Source: Chloroflexota bacterium
Lineage (GTDB): Bacteria; Chloroflexota; Anaerolineae; Aggregatilineales; J027
Direction of reading: 5' to 3'
Assembly: GCA_003697365.1 (NCBI GenBank)
Contig: RFGP01000037.1
Coordinates: 39,107 to 103,106, forward strand
DNA length: 64,000 bases
Position 1 is the stretch's first letter. Every line of letters starts with the position of its first letter. The translations under genes were made by a program, and so were the position numbers. Shown here one piece after another: positions 38,088 to 47,738 of this stretch. The notes under the pieces were generated by a model, which was not told the DNA's origin, did not search any database, and was given only the letters and a program-made list of their open reading frames with translations.

Positions 38088-40386
38088 TAGCTATTAATGA
38101 GATGAGAATGAAGGTCGAAAGTAATGAAACTGCTAGCGCAACTTCACCACCACGCGGGGAATAAGTAAGCGTAATTTCACTATCGCCAGCCGATATAGGA
38201 ATAGCCATAAACGTTAAATTAGCACGATAGAGTTGAACGGGCACACCATCCACGCGCGCTTGCCAACCCGAATACCAAGTATTAGCAAGTACTAAATATC
38301 CTGCTCCATCACTACTCACTAAATATTGTTGTCGCGTTGGCTCCACATTCACAACTTGAACTTCTGCAGTGCTAAGTTGTGATGCGCTTGTTTCTGGCAT
38401 TTGATGTTCTTGTAAAATCACGACTTGTTCAGGATTCCAACTTGGGGCGCGCAATTGTGTGATCGCCGCCGTATCGGATTCAACCCATCTTCCCTCAGGG
38501 ACAACCCAAGCAAACGGAACAGTATCTTGTGGGGAAACATACACGTGTTCTTTTTGACCAGACAGCCAGCCGATAGGCTGCACATCACCATACACCATCG
38601 AAACACCGGCAGCACGTAGTAGTGCGCTTGATTGCGTTTGCAATTCTTCAATTAATTTTACATATTCTACATGTGTGTTGGGTTGCAAAGGATCAAAATT
38701 ATTGAATAAAAATACCCGATCTAAAATATTGATGTTAGGTAATAAGGAAGTGCGTACTTCTGTCCAGCGTTCTCTGGCGCGCCGATAATCACTCAAATCA
38801 AAATAGTGATCAAACTTAAGCGTTTCTTCGTAATCTTCAAACCAATAAATACGGCCAGCGTCTGGCGCATTAATACTATAGTCACGAGTGTAAAATGTGT
38901 CTGATACAGTGGGGTTTAATCCCCAATTTGCCCATAATAAATCAGCCCCCACAACAATGAACACAGCCAGTTGCCACCATCGGATCGCAAGAGTGTTAGG
39001 AGAAGGTTGATGTAAGGTCAACAACCCCGCTGAAACACCCCAACAACCAAGCGCAATGAGCGCAGTTGCAAGCACTCGAACAGCTTTAGGGTCTTCAAGG
39101 GTAGGCGCTAGGTAGACGTATCCAACCCCTGCAGATACAATCAACATGATACTGCCAGCAATTGCTAGCCTTGTCCAAAAAAGAAGCAAAGATGTCCGCT
39201 CCCAATGGTGTACACCTATCCCTGCCAATACGGACAAAGCAAATGCTGTCCATATAAGCCATCTCACTGGCTCACGAAAATTGTCAAAAGTGGGGACATA
39301 ATCATATAAAATCCTATAAACAGGCGTAAATTTCCCCATTGCCAGAACAAAGCCAAATAGCGCTAAAAGATACCAAAAAGGCACTGAACGAAATACTTGA
39401 TGATGGGTTAGCCATTTGCGCCATTTCAGCCATCCCAATAAAGCAAAAATTGCGGCCACCATTGGTATAAAACCAATGTAGGCCGCATCTTCAAAATACA
39501 CACCTCGATCAGGCGTTAAATAAGAACCATCAACAGGTGTGCCAAACAAGTTTGGTAGCCAAAGCGTTAGGCTGCGCAATGGCGCATAAGATAGATTTGT
39601 CAAAGTTTCAAAATCAACGCCCTCTGACCGTTGAGATTGGTTCAATAATTCAAAGGTTAAAAACAGTTGCCAAGCAGCCATACCAGCGCCCAAAATCATC
39701 GCCACACCTGTTAAAAGCAAGGCTTCTAGGCGTTGCCAAATTTTAGCAAAACGAAAATAAACAAATACGAACCAAAGCGCATACAACCCTACAGCTAAGA
39801 GGCTATACCACGTTGTTTGCGCATGACCTGCTAAAAGTTGCATTCCGACAATCAGCCCCAAAATGCCGACACGTTCAATAGTCTTGTTTTCTAAAAGCTG
39901 ATGTGTCCCCCAAAACAGCCAAGGCAACCAAGCTGCAGCTTGTGCAGTAGGGAAGGAGCCAAGCCGACCTATGAGATAACTGCCAAGCGCAAAGCTGATC
40001 ATGCTAATCCCACGTCCAAATGTGCTCATTTTGAGCGCATCGCCAAATAAAAACATTCCATAAGCCGACCCAAAAACATGCAGAAGAGCAATCAGCCCCA
40101 TCGTATGGGCACTTGGCAAAAGCACATATAGCCAGTTGGGAGGATAAAAAATAGCACTTTGATAATTTGCGATTAAAGGTGCCCCTCCGCCATTATAAGG
40201 ATTCCAATAAGGAATACGTCCATTGCTTAGTTCCTCAAAAGCGAACCATCGCCAAGGGTAAAACTGTAGCGATGGCAAACCCCAAAACAGCACTTCCCCC
40301 AACAACAAACGATGAAAAAGGAGAACGACCGTGATCACCAAAACAGCCCAAACCCATCCCGCACGGATGTCTTGTGGTGGACGCAT
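38044..40386 (-). CDS. YfhO-family polytopic membrane protein (GT-C-related)
   Basis: 780 aa. The N-terminal region FYPWRWFAFEELSNGRIPYWNPYNGGGAPL is typical of YfhO. There are many TM segments, a large C-terminal extracytoplasmic domain and a final TM helix. Confidence 0.65.
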   Translation of the reverse strand: MRPPQDIRAGWVWAVLVITVVLLFHRLLLGEVLFWGLPSLQFYPWRWFAFEELSNGRIPYWNPYNGGGAPLIANYQSAIFYPPNWLYVLLPSAHTMGLIALLHVFGSAYGMFLFGDALKMSTFGRGISMISFALGSYLIGRLGSFPTAQAAAWLPWLFWGTHQLLENKTIERVGILGLIVGMQLLAGHAQTTWYSLLAVGLYALWFVFVYFRFAKIWQRLEALLLTGVAMILGAGMAAWQLFLTFELLNQSQRSEGVDFETLTNLSYAPLRSLTLWLPNLFGTPVDGSYLTPDRGVYFEDAAYIGFIPMVAAIFALLGWLKWRKWLTHHQVFRSVPFWYLLALFGFVLAMGKFTPVYRILYDYVPTFDNFREPVRWLIWTAFALSVLAGIGVHHWERTSLLLFWTRLAIAGSIMLIVSAGVGYVYLAPTLEDPKAVRVLATALIALGCWGVSAGLLTLHQPSPNTLAIRWWQLAVFIVVGADLLWANWGLNPTVSDTFYTRDYSINAPDAGRIYWFEDYEETLKFDHYFDLSDYRRARERWTEVRTSLLPNINILDRVFLFNNFDPLQPNTHVEYVKLIEELQTQSSALLRAAGVSMVYGDVQPIGWLSGQKEHVYVSPQDTVPFAWVVPEGRWVESDTAAITQLRAPSWNPEQVVILQEHQMPETSASQLSTAEVQVVNVEPTRQQYLVSSDGAGYLVLANTWYSGWQARVDGVPVQLYRANLTFMAIPISAGDSEITLTYSPRGGEVALAVSLLSTFILISLIAIGLFNTNEQQRLTT

Positions 40387-42033
40387 TTACTTCACCTCAT
40401 AGATTTGATAGTTGCCCCGATTGTAGATCAATGTTAGAGAAGATGCCCAACGCTTTGATGTTGAAAGTTGCTGTTCTTGAGGGCCAGCAAAAACATATTG
40501 AATTCCATATTTCACTAGTAAATCCTGCTGTTGGACAGGCGTTAAGGTATCCGCAAAAAATGCTTGTGCTAATCGCTTTTTCTGTGTGGAATGAACAGTT
40601 TCTGGCCCATGCCCTACAAAAACACGTAAATTGGTATGTGCAGGCACAACATTAGCTGTTGGCATCAGCGCAAGCACTACAGCATTCGCTTCAGCATGTG
40701 TATTTAGCCAATCTAATGCAATTATTTCATCTTTTGAACGAAATACAGGCTCTTGAGGATTTTTTGCAGCTAAAGTGACACTAAGCCACAAAATGCCCGT
40801 ACTAAGTAGAAGGCTGAACAAAAGCGCCGCACGCCAACGTGTCCATGTTCGCCTATAAGAATATCGGCTTAGAATAGGCAATAACAAACGTAGTCCTATA
40901 ACACTTAGAATTGATAACGGGACAATTACACCTTCTGCCATGCGCCTTTGAACGTTAATTGGCAAGTATACTAATATCGGCATGGCAATTATCCAACCAA
41001 TCAACAGCAACTCAGGCTCTGAGAGATGCTTCTTGTGCCATAACCAAATTGTGGCAGTGATTGAAAGTATATACCAAATCGCATAAACGACTATGTACTG
41101 CAATGGGTGTGGGGAAGGCAGTTGATTTTGAGTAGACCATTGCGCAAAAACTTCATTCGTATTGAACACCCATACATAGTATAAAAATAACGGCAATGTC
41201 ATCAAAATAGGGACTGTGCCTCGTAGCGTGAGTTGAAGTGGAAAATGACGCTGATGCAACCATACAATGCTTCCCCAAATAACCATCAAACAATATAAAA
41301 TGGCGAGATAGAACGATACTCCCAACCCTACCAATATCCAACACACACCAGCGCCAATCGACCAAAGCAACCATTTTGAACTTTTAAGGGATTGGAACAT
41401 ACATAAAAAGCCAACGAATAAAGCAGCACGTGCAAGCGCTATATGTGGTAAGCCTAAAAGGATAAGAAAGCTAAATCCTTCTGGAATAAAAAAATCTGGT
41501 GGAAGCGTACCTAGCCATTCACCACCACTTAGAGCTACGATCAACCATCCTAAGCCACTGCCCATTGTAGATAAAATCAATGCCAATAGACGCAGCTTGG
41601 CTAGTTGCAAGAATTGCGCAATAAAAAGATACAACGCAATAACTAACACCACGTCGGCGATAATCCGTAAGGCTTGAAAACCTATCAATAATCCTCTAAA
41701 TAAGCGCGGATCGTCGGGTGTCAAAAAGAGCCCTACAACTTGCCCTGAAATGATATAAGGTAAATAAAATAAAGACTCGTCATCATGATTTTCTGAAGTA
41801 TAGAACAAGTAAAAATCCCAATGGCCGCGCGCTCCCAAGCGCATTTTACCTGTGTAAGAATTGCCGTCTTCTACACCGAATAAATGCCCACTAAAAACCC
41901 ACGCATCACCTTCAGAATGCCATGCAACGTAGTAAGGCAAACTTGTTAAGAACAAAAGGAACAGAGTATACAGAATAACAACACGCCATTCTTGCCATTG
42001 AATCAATGGATATTTAGCCCTCACAGCTCGCAA
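40387..42033 (-). CDS. Uncharacterised polytopic membrane protein, paralogue of 42040..43740
   Basis: 548 aa. It shares GVEDGNSY / PPDFFIPEGFSF / LRVFVGHGPETV blocks with the neighbouring gene. There is a 0-nt gap to the YfhO-like start (TAAATG). Confidence 0.5.
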   Translation of the reverse strand: MRAVRAKYPLIQWQEWRVVILYTLFLLFLTSLPYYVAWHSEGDAWVFSGHLFGVEDGNSYTGKMRLGARGHWDFYLFYTSENHDDESLFYLPYIISGQVVGLFLTPDDPRLFRGLLIGFQALRIIADVVLVIALYLFIAQFLQLAKLRLLALILSTMGSGLGWLIVALSGGEWLGTLPPDFFIPEGFSFLILLGLPHIALARAALFVGFLCMFQSLKSSKWLLWSIGAGVCWILVGLGVSFYLAILYCLMVIWGSIVWLHQRHFPLQLTLRGTVPILMTLPLFLYYVWVFNTNEVFAQWSTQNQLPSPHPLQYIVVYAIWYILSITATIWLWHKKHLSEPELLLIGWIIAMPILVYLPINVQRRMAEGVIVPLSILSVIGLRLLLPILSRYSYRRTWTRWRAALLFSLLLSTGILWLSVTLAAKNPQEPVFRSKDEIIALDWLNTHAEANAVVLALMPTANVVPAHTNLRVFVGHGPETVHSTQKKRLAQAFFADTLTPVQQQDLLVKYGIQYVFAGPQEQQLSTSKRWASSLTLIYNRGNYQIYEVK

Positions 42034-42039
42034 TGATCC

Positions 42040-43740
42040 CTAACGTAAATCTCGCAAAATGTATAATGTAACATCGCCAAAAACTTGAATCGCTTGAGGC
42101 TCTTCAATTGATTGAATAACTGTAGTGATACAATCTACAAAGTCCTCATCAGGGTTATTTGTACGAGCCTCTACTGCCAATTGAATTTCCATTGGCCCAA
42201 CAACAAGATAATCAATATCAAAACCCTTTGCATGTTCAAAAACCGCATTACAGTCTCGACCTGTGAAAAAGTCAAGCACATCGTCTTCACGCTGCCCGCT
42301 AGGAACTGTTTCATATGGGTGGCCATATACAACTCGCAGTGGCGTTTGAGCAGGAAGCCATAAACTCACATCCGGCGATGCTAATACAACTTCATCTTCT
42401 GCCCCAAATTCATCTAACCATGCGAACATATCTACATAATCGCGATCCAGCATCAACCCTGCTTGAGCCCCTTGCTCTTGGTTTGCCACTACACCAAATA
42501 ATGGAATCATGAGCGTGATGAAGTTGCTGGGCAATATAAAGATAAATACTGCGATTAAAGCAATTCGATGCCACCGCTTAGATATACGCTCAAACCAATA
42601 ATCTTCTAAGGCCCTTACCACAAAGTAAACAATAGGAATGATCAAGCCAATAAAGAAACGGCGTTGTAAAGGATGAGGAACATATACCACAATAAAATTG
42701 ATGACTAACCACAACAACATAAGATAGTCGCCATCACGATCAAAGCGCTTGCGAGCACGATTAATCGCAGGGATGGCCAGCATCAACAACACACCATAGC
42801 TTGCAATTGTGAAGATGATGTTTGGTGATGGCGTTACATTTTGCTCGTTAAATTCTCTAAATGTTTCATTTGTTGAAAAAAGCAGAACGTAATACACCAA
42901 TACGGGTAATCCAGCTAACGCTAGCATAGCCACCCAACGTATTTCATGCCAAGGGATGGTTCGTTGACGATATGCAGTTGAGACAGTAAAGCCAACAAGT
43001 GCAGCCCCAAAAGCAACAAGCGCTGGTGGTTGCACCACTGATAAAATGACGGCGTATATTAAGACAAGCGCACCACCATTCTCGACAGTTGGCGCTTGGC
43101 TATAGTCGGGACGAAACACCCTAATATAAATTCCCACCAGCATCACAAGACAACCAATGCTTAGTGGAAAATGCGGATTTGCATATGCCGCATAAAAAGG
43201 AAATCCTTCTGGAACGCCTATATCAGGTGGAACATTGTTTTCACTAATAAAAGGAAGCATCAACCATCCTAAACCTGTGACCATAGACGCAATCAGGAAA
43301 AATAAACGGCGCGGTCTTGTGCGTAGCCAAACATATGCCCCAAGACGATAAATTGCCGTAAACATAAACAAAGAAGTCGCGATTCTCGCCAAATGGAAAA
43401 TAATAAATGGTGAAGTTCCTATAAGCCGCGCTAGTTGTCCTAGCAACAGATAAAAAACGAAAACTCCAGCTGGGCGATGAGGTTGGGGAGTGTGCTGTAA
43501 TTCATATAACCAATTTCCTTCCATCCCCTCTTCAATTTTCGCAAAATACGTTGCGCCATCTTGTGGATTTGCCAAAACCCCCATAAACGCCCATTGTTCG
43601 TTGGCCGCCATAATGGCAATAGCATATGGAATAAGCGTTAAGGTAACTAATAACCCGCCCCAAAACGCAACCCAACGCCACTCTTGCCGCGAAACATCTC
43701 CAATAGTTGGTATTCCCCGCATCGGTCGTCCTTCTTTCAT
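42040..43740 (-). CDS. Uncharacterised polytopic membrane protein, paralogue of 40387..42033
   Basis: 566 aa with NPQDGATY / PPDIGVPEGFPF / LRVVYGHPYETV blocks. The likely real start is the ATG at 43722, preceded by GAAGGA. Confidence 0.5.
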   Translation of the reverse strand: MKEGRPMRGIPTIGDVSRQEWRWVAFWGGLLVTLTLIPYAIAIMAANEQWAFMGVLANPQDGATYFAKIEEGMEGNWLYELQHTPQPHRPAGVFVFYLLLGQLARLIGTSPFIIFHLARIATSLFMFTAIYRLGAYVWLRTRPRRLFFLIASMVTGLGWLMLPFISENNVPPDIGVPEGFPFYAAYANPHFPLSIGCLVMLVGIYIRVFRPDYSQAPTVENGGALVLIYAVILSVVQPPALVAFGAALVGFTVSTAYRQRTIPWHEIRWVAMLALAGLPVLVYYVLLFSTNETFREFNEQNVTPSPNIIFTIASYGVLLMLAIPAINRARKRFDRDGDYLMLLWLVINFIVVYVPHPLQRRFFIGLIIPIVYFVVRALEDYWFERISKRWHRIALIAVFIFILPSNFITLMIPLFGVVANQEQGAQAGLMLDRDYVDMFAWLDEFGAEDEVVLASPDVSLWLPAQTPLRVVYGHPYETVPSGQREDDVLDFFTGRDCNAVFEHAKGFDIDYLVVGPMEIQLAVEARTNNPDEDFVDCITTVIQSIEEPQAIQVFGDVTLYILRDLR

Positions 43741-43805
43741 TTGCCAACAGCTGAATAATCACTGTGATCATGATTATAACGATTTTGAATCACACTACCC
43801 CCACA

Positions 43806-43834
43806 TTGTGGCCAATCAAAGATATAGTTATAAT
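43806..43834 (+). promoter_or_regulatory. Candidate promoter for the zinc-ribbon/STAND operon
   Basis: TTGTGG (43806-43811), 17-nt spacer, TATAAT (43829-43834), 38 nt upstream of the ATG at 43873. Confidence 0.4.
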
Positions 43835-43872
43835 AAATTACAGAATCTGTACCATGTGTCGGAAAAGTAACT

Positions 43873-44580
43873 ATGTCAACTATATTATCCACCCTCTATC
43901 AAGTGCAAACTTATGAATTAGAGATCGATCAAGCGCGTGAGCGCATTAAAGCCATCGAAGCCCTGCTCTCGCACGATACTCGTGTTGCTACGGCAGAGCA
44001 ACAACTCAAGCAAGCTCAGCAAAACCTACAAGCAGCACGTACACATCTTAAGGATTTAGAGCTTGAGATGGCAGGTTTAATAGAAAAAATAGATCACGTA
44101 AACGATTTACTTTATGGCAATAAAATAAGAAATCATCGTGAAATTCAAGACCGCCAAAAAGAACTCGATTCCTTACAGCGAAGGCACAGCCATCTAGAAT
44201 CGCTCATTGCCGAAGCAACCCAAGAAGTAGAACTATGTACCGCTGAAGTAAAACAAGCCGAAGCCGACCTAGAAGAGGCCAATAACCTTAGCGCTGAAAC
44301 AGCTCAAGAACTTCAACAAGAGCGTGACAAACTTAACCAACTCATCAAAACCACACTCAAAAAACGTAAGCAAATCGTCTCCTCAATTCCTGACTCAACC
44401 CTAAAACATTATCGAGCTTTGCGCAAAGTAAAAAATGGTCAAGCAATCGCCATGTTGAAAAATCAATCATGTGGTGTTTGTGGTATTGAGCAGCCAAGCT
44501 CAGAAGTCACCCGTATTATTACACAGCCAGATGAGATGATTTATTGTATTGGGTGTGGGCGTATTTTGATCGCACCTTAG
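43873..44580 (+). CDS. Coiled-coil protein with C-terminal C4 zinc ribbon (COG1579 / DUF164, HP0958-like)
   Basis: About 190 aa of heptad-rich sequence, followed by CGVCG...CIGCGRIL. Confidence 0.8.
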   Translation: MSTILSTLYQVQTYELEIDQARERIKAIEALLSHDTRVATAEQQLKQAQQNLQAARTHLKDLELEMAGLIEKIDHVNDLLYGNKIRNHREIQDRQKELDSLQRRHSHLESLIAEATQEVELCTAEVKQAEADLEEANNLSAETAQELQQERDKLNQLIKTTLKKRKQIVSSIPDSTLKHYRALRKVKNGQAIAMLKNQSCGVCGIEQPSSEVTRIITQPDEMIYCIGCGRILIAP

Positions 44581-44594
44581 GAAGAGAGCGAAAA

Positions 44595-47225
44595 ATGGGC
44601 TTTGATCCGCTATCATTTATCGTAGGTTTCGGTGGTGGTGTGGGGGTATCGTATGGTGCCTATCGCTATCGAGAACAAATTGGTGCCCTACGTGATAGTG
44701 CACTTGATACTATCGAAAATGTTCGTGATAATCTTAGCCGCTCAGCAGATAGTCGATATACAAGTGAGCTGATTCAATATTTACAACAACAGCATATCGC
44801 CAAAGATTTTGCACCATTAAGTGAGGTGTTGGTGGAACCGCGTTTGTTAGTGTTGCCTCCACCTCCACGTGAACTAGAAGACCCAAATGCTGCACCTGAA
44901 AATTATGATTATGTAGTGCCACGTATTTATGATCAACCACAATTATTATCTGCTTATTATGTTGAAAATTTGCCACTTTCGGACATCACCGCAGGAGATA
45001 ACCACGTTGCAATTTTAGGTGTTGCAGGTGCAGGCAAAAGCACGGCACTCGTTACGCTAGGGCTGATGGCGCTTGGTGTTATCAAATATAGCACCTTACA
45101 AGAACTCACTAATCAGGCTATTGACGAAGCCTATGCCGAATTACCAGAAAACGAGCGTCAAAAACGCCTTAATGAGATGAATGCCATCCAAAAGCGTGTC
45201 ATTGAACAATTACGCGGCGTTCAGGACATTACTGATTTGCAGGGTGACGTAGCTTATAATATTCCCCCCGACATTACAAACTTTTTCCCTATCTATGTCC
45301 ATGCAGCGGATGTTGATTTAAGCATTAACGTCTTCGGGTTACGGGTCGACCCCGCCGAACCACTTATTCGCGCTTTTCAACGCTATGCAAGTCTAATAAC
45401 AGCCCAATCTGCTCCACCTTTGATGTATCAACAACTCAGTCGTGGGCAATGTTTAATCCTGATCGATGGTCTAGAAGACTTACCACAAAACGAACAAAAA
45501 CGCCTCTATGGATGGTTAGAAAGCCTCATAGAATATTATGGGCATAATCGAATTGTAATTACTGGGCCAGCCACAGGTTTTGATAGCTTGGTAGCATTGG
45601 GGTTTGTTCCCACCTTTGTCAAGCCGTTTTCTATGAATGATGCTATTGCACTGGTAGAAAAATGGGCTGATGCATGGCCAGCAGCACAGCAACGTTTAGC
45701 TAAGCGTCGCATCAAAGAGGATGAATTACAAACTATCAGTCAAGGAGAGCGTCAGCGCCTACTTGCTGATACATTACACCGTAGGCCGTTTCATCTCGTC
45801 TTAAAAACACTTGCCCACTTACAGGGAGAAGTCGCGCTGCCCAATGAACGAGGATGGTATGAGCGCTTTTTGCGAAATTACCTACCCGAAAATGAGCATG
45901 TTGGGCCTATATTGCGTGAAGTTGCTACCCTTATGCTTGATCGTGACATCATCCTAAAAGATGGGCAAATTTTAGAGATTAGCACACAACGATTAACACC
46001 AAACCCTGACGAACCGCCCCTAGAAGATGTAGATAAATTCACTAAAACGCTACTCAATAGTGGGTTATTTGTGAAGCGCGGTGACAATTATTATGACTTC
46101 TTGCATCCGTTATTTCGGAGTTATTTTGGTGCTGAAGCCATCATTCATGACATGAACTCATCTCGTATCACAGAACTAGGTGGAAAGCCAAATTGGCATC
46201 ATGCCTTGCGCCTAGCGGCTGATGGTGTTGATATTACAGGTGCTGTTGGGCAAAAATTAAATGGCCCCACCGATGTGTTGCTATCCAATCTTTTCCAGAT
46301 CGCCGATTGGATACCTAATGCTCCTGTTGAAGCAATATGGCGCACAGAAATCATGAAACGATTTGGTGCAGCATTATTAGCGCCCAGCCAATATGACACT
46401 ATTCGTGAGCGCGCACTAGCAGCATTAATCGCCTCACGCGATCCAAATTTGGAAAACGTTTTCCGCCAAGCTGTGCGTAGTGGCAACCCTGCTATTCGGA
46501 AATATGGTTGTTTGGGGTTGGGTGCTATTCAGGCAGAGGCAGCCATCAATGACTTACGTCCGATGCTAGTCGATGACAACCGTGATGTCCAAGTCGCCGC
46601 AGCAATGGCACTTGGCGCAATTAGCACTGAATCAGCAATTGATGTGATGATTCAAGGCTTATTAGAAGGTAGTGAAGGGCTACGCCAAGTGATCGCTTTG
46701 GCGTTGGCAAATGTTCAAGGTTTGGGGCACAATGTCTTGCGCGAAGCTAGCCAACACAACGATATGATGGTGCGACGCGCCGCCGCTTTTGGGCTCGCTC
46801 GCGTTCAAGCGAATTGGTCGCTTATCGCACTTTATGACATGCTTATCTCTGAAAAAGAGTGGTATGTCAGATCAGCGGCAGAGCGCTTATTTGCAATAGC
46901 GCGGAGCCCAGAACGTGAAGGCCCACGCCATTTCCCACGCCCAGAAGAGTTGCCATGGTTCCAAGTGTGGGTGAGCAATATTGGCCATGAAAAGATGCCC
47001 GAAGGAGAAGAAGCCGTTGAGCTTTTACTTCAAGTATTGCGTGATCCACGCCCCCTAGCACGTATCATGGCCATTAAGACCATAGGGCGCTTGGGCTTAG
47101 TGAAAGGTATTCGCCCTCTTTACGTTATGCTCATGGATAAAGAGGCACGTGTCCGAACGACGGCTTATGATGCTTTAGGCAGTTTACAAATTCGCCTCAA
47201 TGAACCTTTACCAGCAGTCATATAG
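44595..47225 (+). CDS. Membrane-anchored STAND/NACHT-like P-loop NTPase with C-terminal HEAT repeats
   Basis: ATG at 44595. N-terminal glycine-zipper helix FIVGFGGGVGVSYGAY, Walker A GVAGAGKST, Walker B-like CLILIDGLEDL, then RIVITGP. C-terminal HEAT/PBS-lyase-type repeats (VRRAAAFGLARV, ARIMAIKTIGRLG, VRTTAYDALGSL). Confidence 0.65.
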   Translation: MGFDPLSFIVGFGGGVGVSYGAYRYREQIGALRDSALDTIENVRDNLSRSADSRYTSELIQYLQQQHIAKDFAPLSEVLVEPRLLVLPPPPRELEDPNAAPENYDYVVPRIYDQPQLLSAYYVENLPLSDITAGDNHVAILGVAGAGKSTALVTLGLMALGVIKYSTLQELTNQAIDEAYAELPENERQKRLNEMNAIQKRVIEQLRGVQDITDLQGDVAYNIPPDITNFFPIYVHAADVDLSINVFGLRVDPAEPLIRAFQRYASLITAQSAPPLMYQQLSRGQCLILIDGLEDLPQNEQKRLYGWLESLIEYYGHNRIVITGPATGFDSLVALGFVPTFVKPFSMNDAIALVEKWADAWPAAQQRLAKRRIKEDELQTISQGERQRLLADTLHRRPFHLVLKTLAHLQGEVALPNERGWYERFLRNYLPENEHVGPILREVATLMLDRDIILKDGQILEISTQRLTPNPDEPPLEDVDKFTKTLLNSGLFVKRGDNYYDFLHPLFRSYFGAEAIIHDMNSSRITELGGKPNWHHALRLAADGVDITGAVGQKLNGPTDVLLSNLFQIADWIPNAPVEAIWRTEIMKRFGAALLAPSQYDTIRERALAALIASRDPNLENVFRQAVRSGNPAIRKYGCLGLGAIQAEAAINDLRPMLVDDNRDVQVAAAMALGAISTESAIDVMIQGLLEGSEGLRQVIALALANVQGLGHNVLREASQHNDMMVRRAAAFGLARVQANWSLIALYDMLISEKEWYVRSAAERLFAIARSPEREGPRHFPRPEELPWFQVWVSNIGHEKMPEGEEAVELLLQVLRDPRPLARIMAIKTIGRLGLVKGIRPLYVMLMDKEARVRTTAYDALGSLQIRLNEPLPAVI

Positions 47226-47273
47226 TTAATAAGCTATGAGACAATAGAAATGGACTAATCGGAGCGAATTTTG

Positions 47274-47738
47274 ATGAAATCTACAGAGCCAACCCAAAAA
47301 CATCGTCGAGATGTGTGGTTACAAATGGTTCTCCCCACCATAGGCGTTGGGTTGGTTATTACGCTTATCGTTGTTGGGTTGTTCACGCTGGCCGTAGCTG
47401 GCACGTTTAGCGCCGAACAAATTGAAACAATGGCAAGCGTAATGATGATCGTCTGTGTTCTAGCACCGCTAGTCTTAGTGATGTTGGGCTTGCATATTTT
47501 AATGATTGTGATCGCTGTAGGGACGGGTAAAATACCAGCTGCTTTGCGTCCAACCTTACGGAGTGCACGTATACGTACGGAAAAAGCAGCTAGAACCGTT
47601 TCAATTATGAGCACACGCCTAGCACAGCCGTTTATAAGTATTGACACACGTTGGACACGTTTAGAAAAAACATTTGTGAATTTGTTTAATATTCCAGACA
47701 CCAAGCCTCAATCGAAGGATACAAAGAGTAATGAATGA
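47274..47738 (+). CDS. Small hypothetical membrane protein
   Basis: ATG lies 9 nt after GGAG (47261-64). Two or three hydrophobic helices and a basic C-terminal tail. It runs in the same direction as its neighbours; the antisense ORF 47255..47704 looks spurious. Confidence 0.45.
   Translation: MKSTEPTQKHRRDVWLQMVLPTIGVGLVITLIVVGLFTLAVAGTFSAEQIETMASVMMIVCVLAPLVLVMLGLHILMIVIAVGTGKIPAALRPTLRSARIRTEKAARTVSIMSTRLAQPFISIDTRWTRLEKTFVNLFNIPDTKPQSKDTKSNE

Noticed and set aside
43770-43784. 15-mer ATGATTATAACGATT shared with 56059-56073, both providing a minus-strand TATAAT.
   Set aside because: A rough estimate gives several chance 15-mer matches in a 64-kb AT-leaning window when both strands are considered. 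The shared core is simply a -10 box plus a few flanking bases.
47255-47704. 149-aa minus-strand ORF opposite the small membrane protein gene.
   Set aside because: The plus-strand frame has an SD (GGAG) at correct spacing, clear TM helices and the same orientation as its neighbours. The minus-strand frame has none of these.
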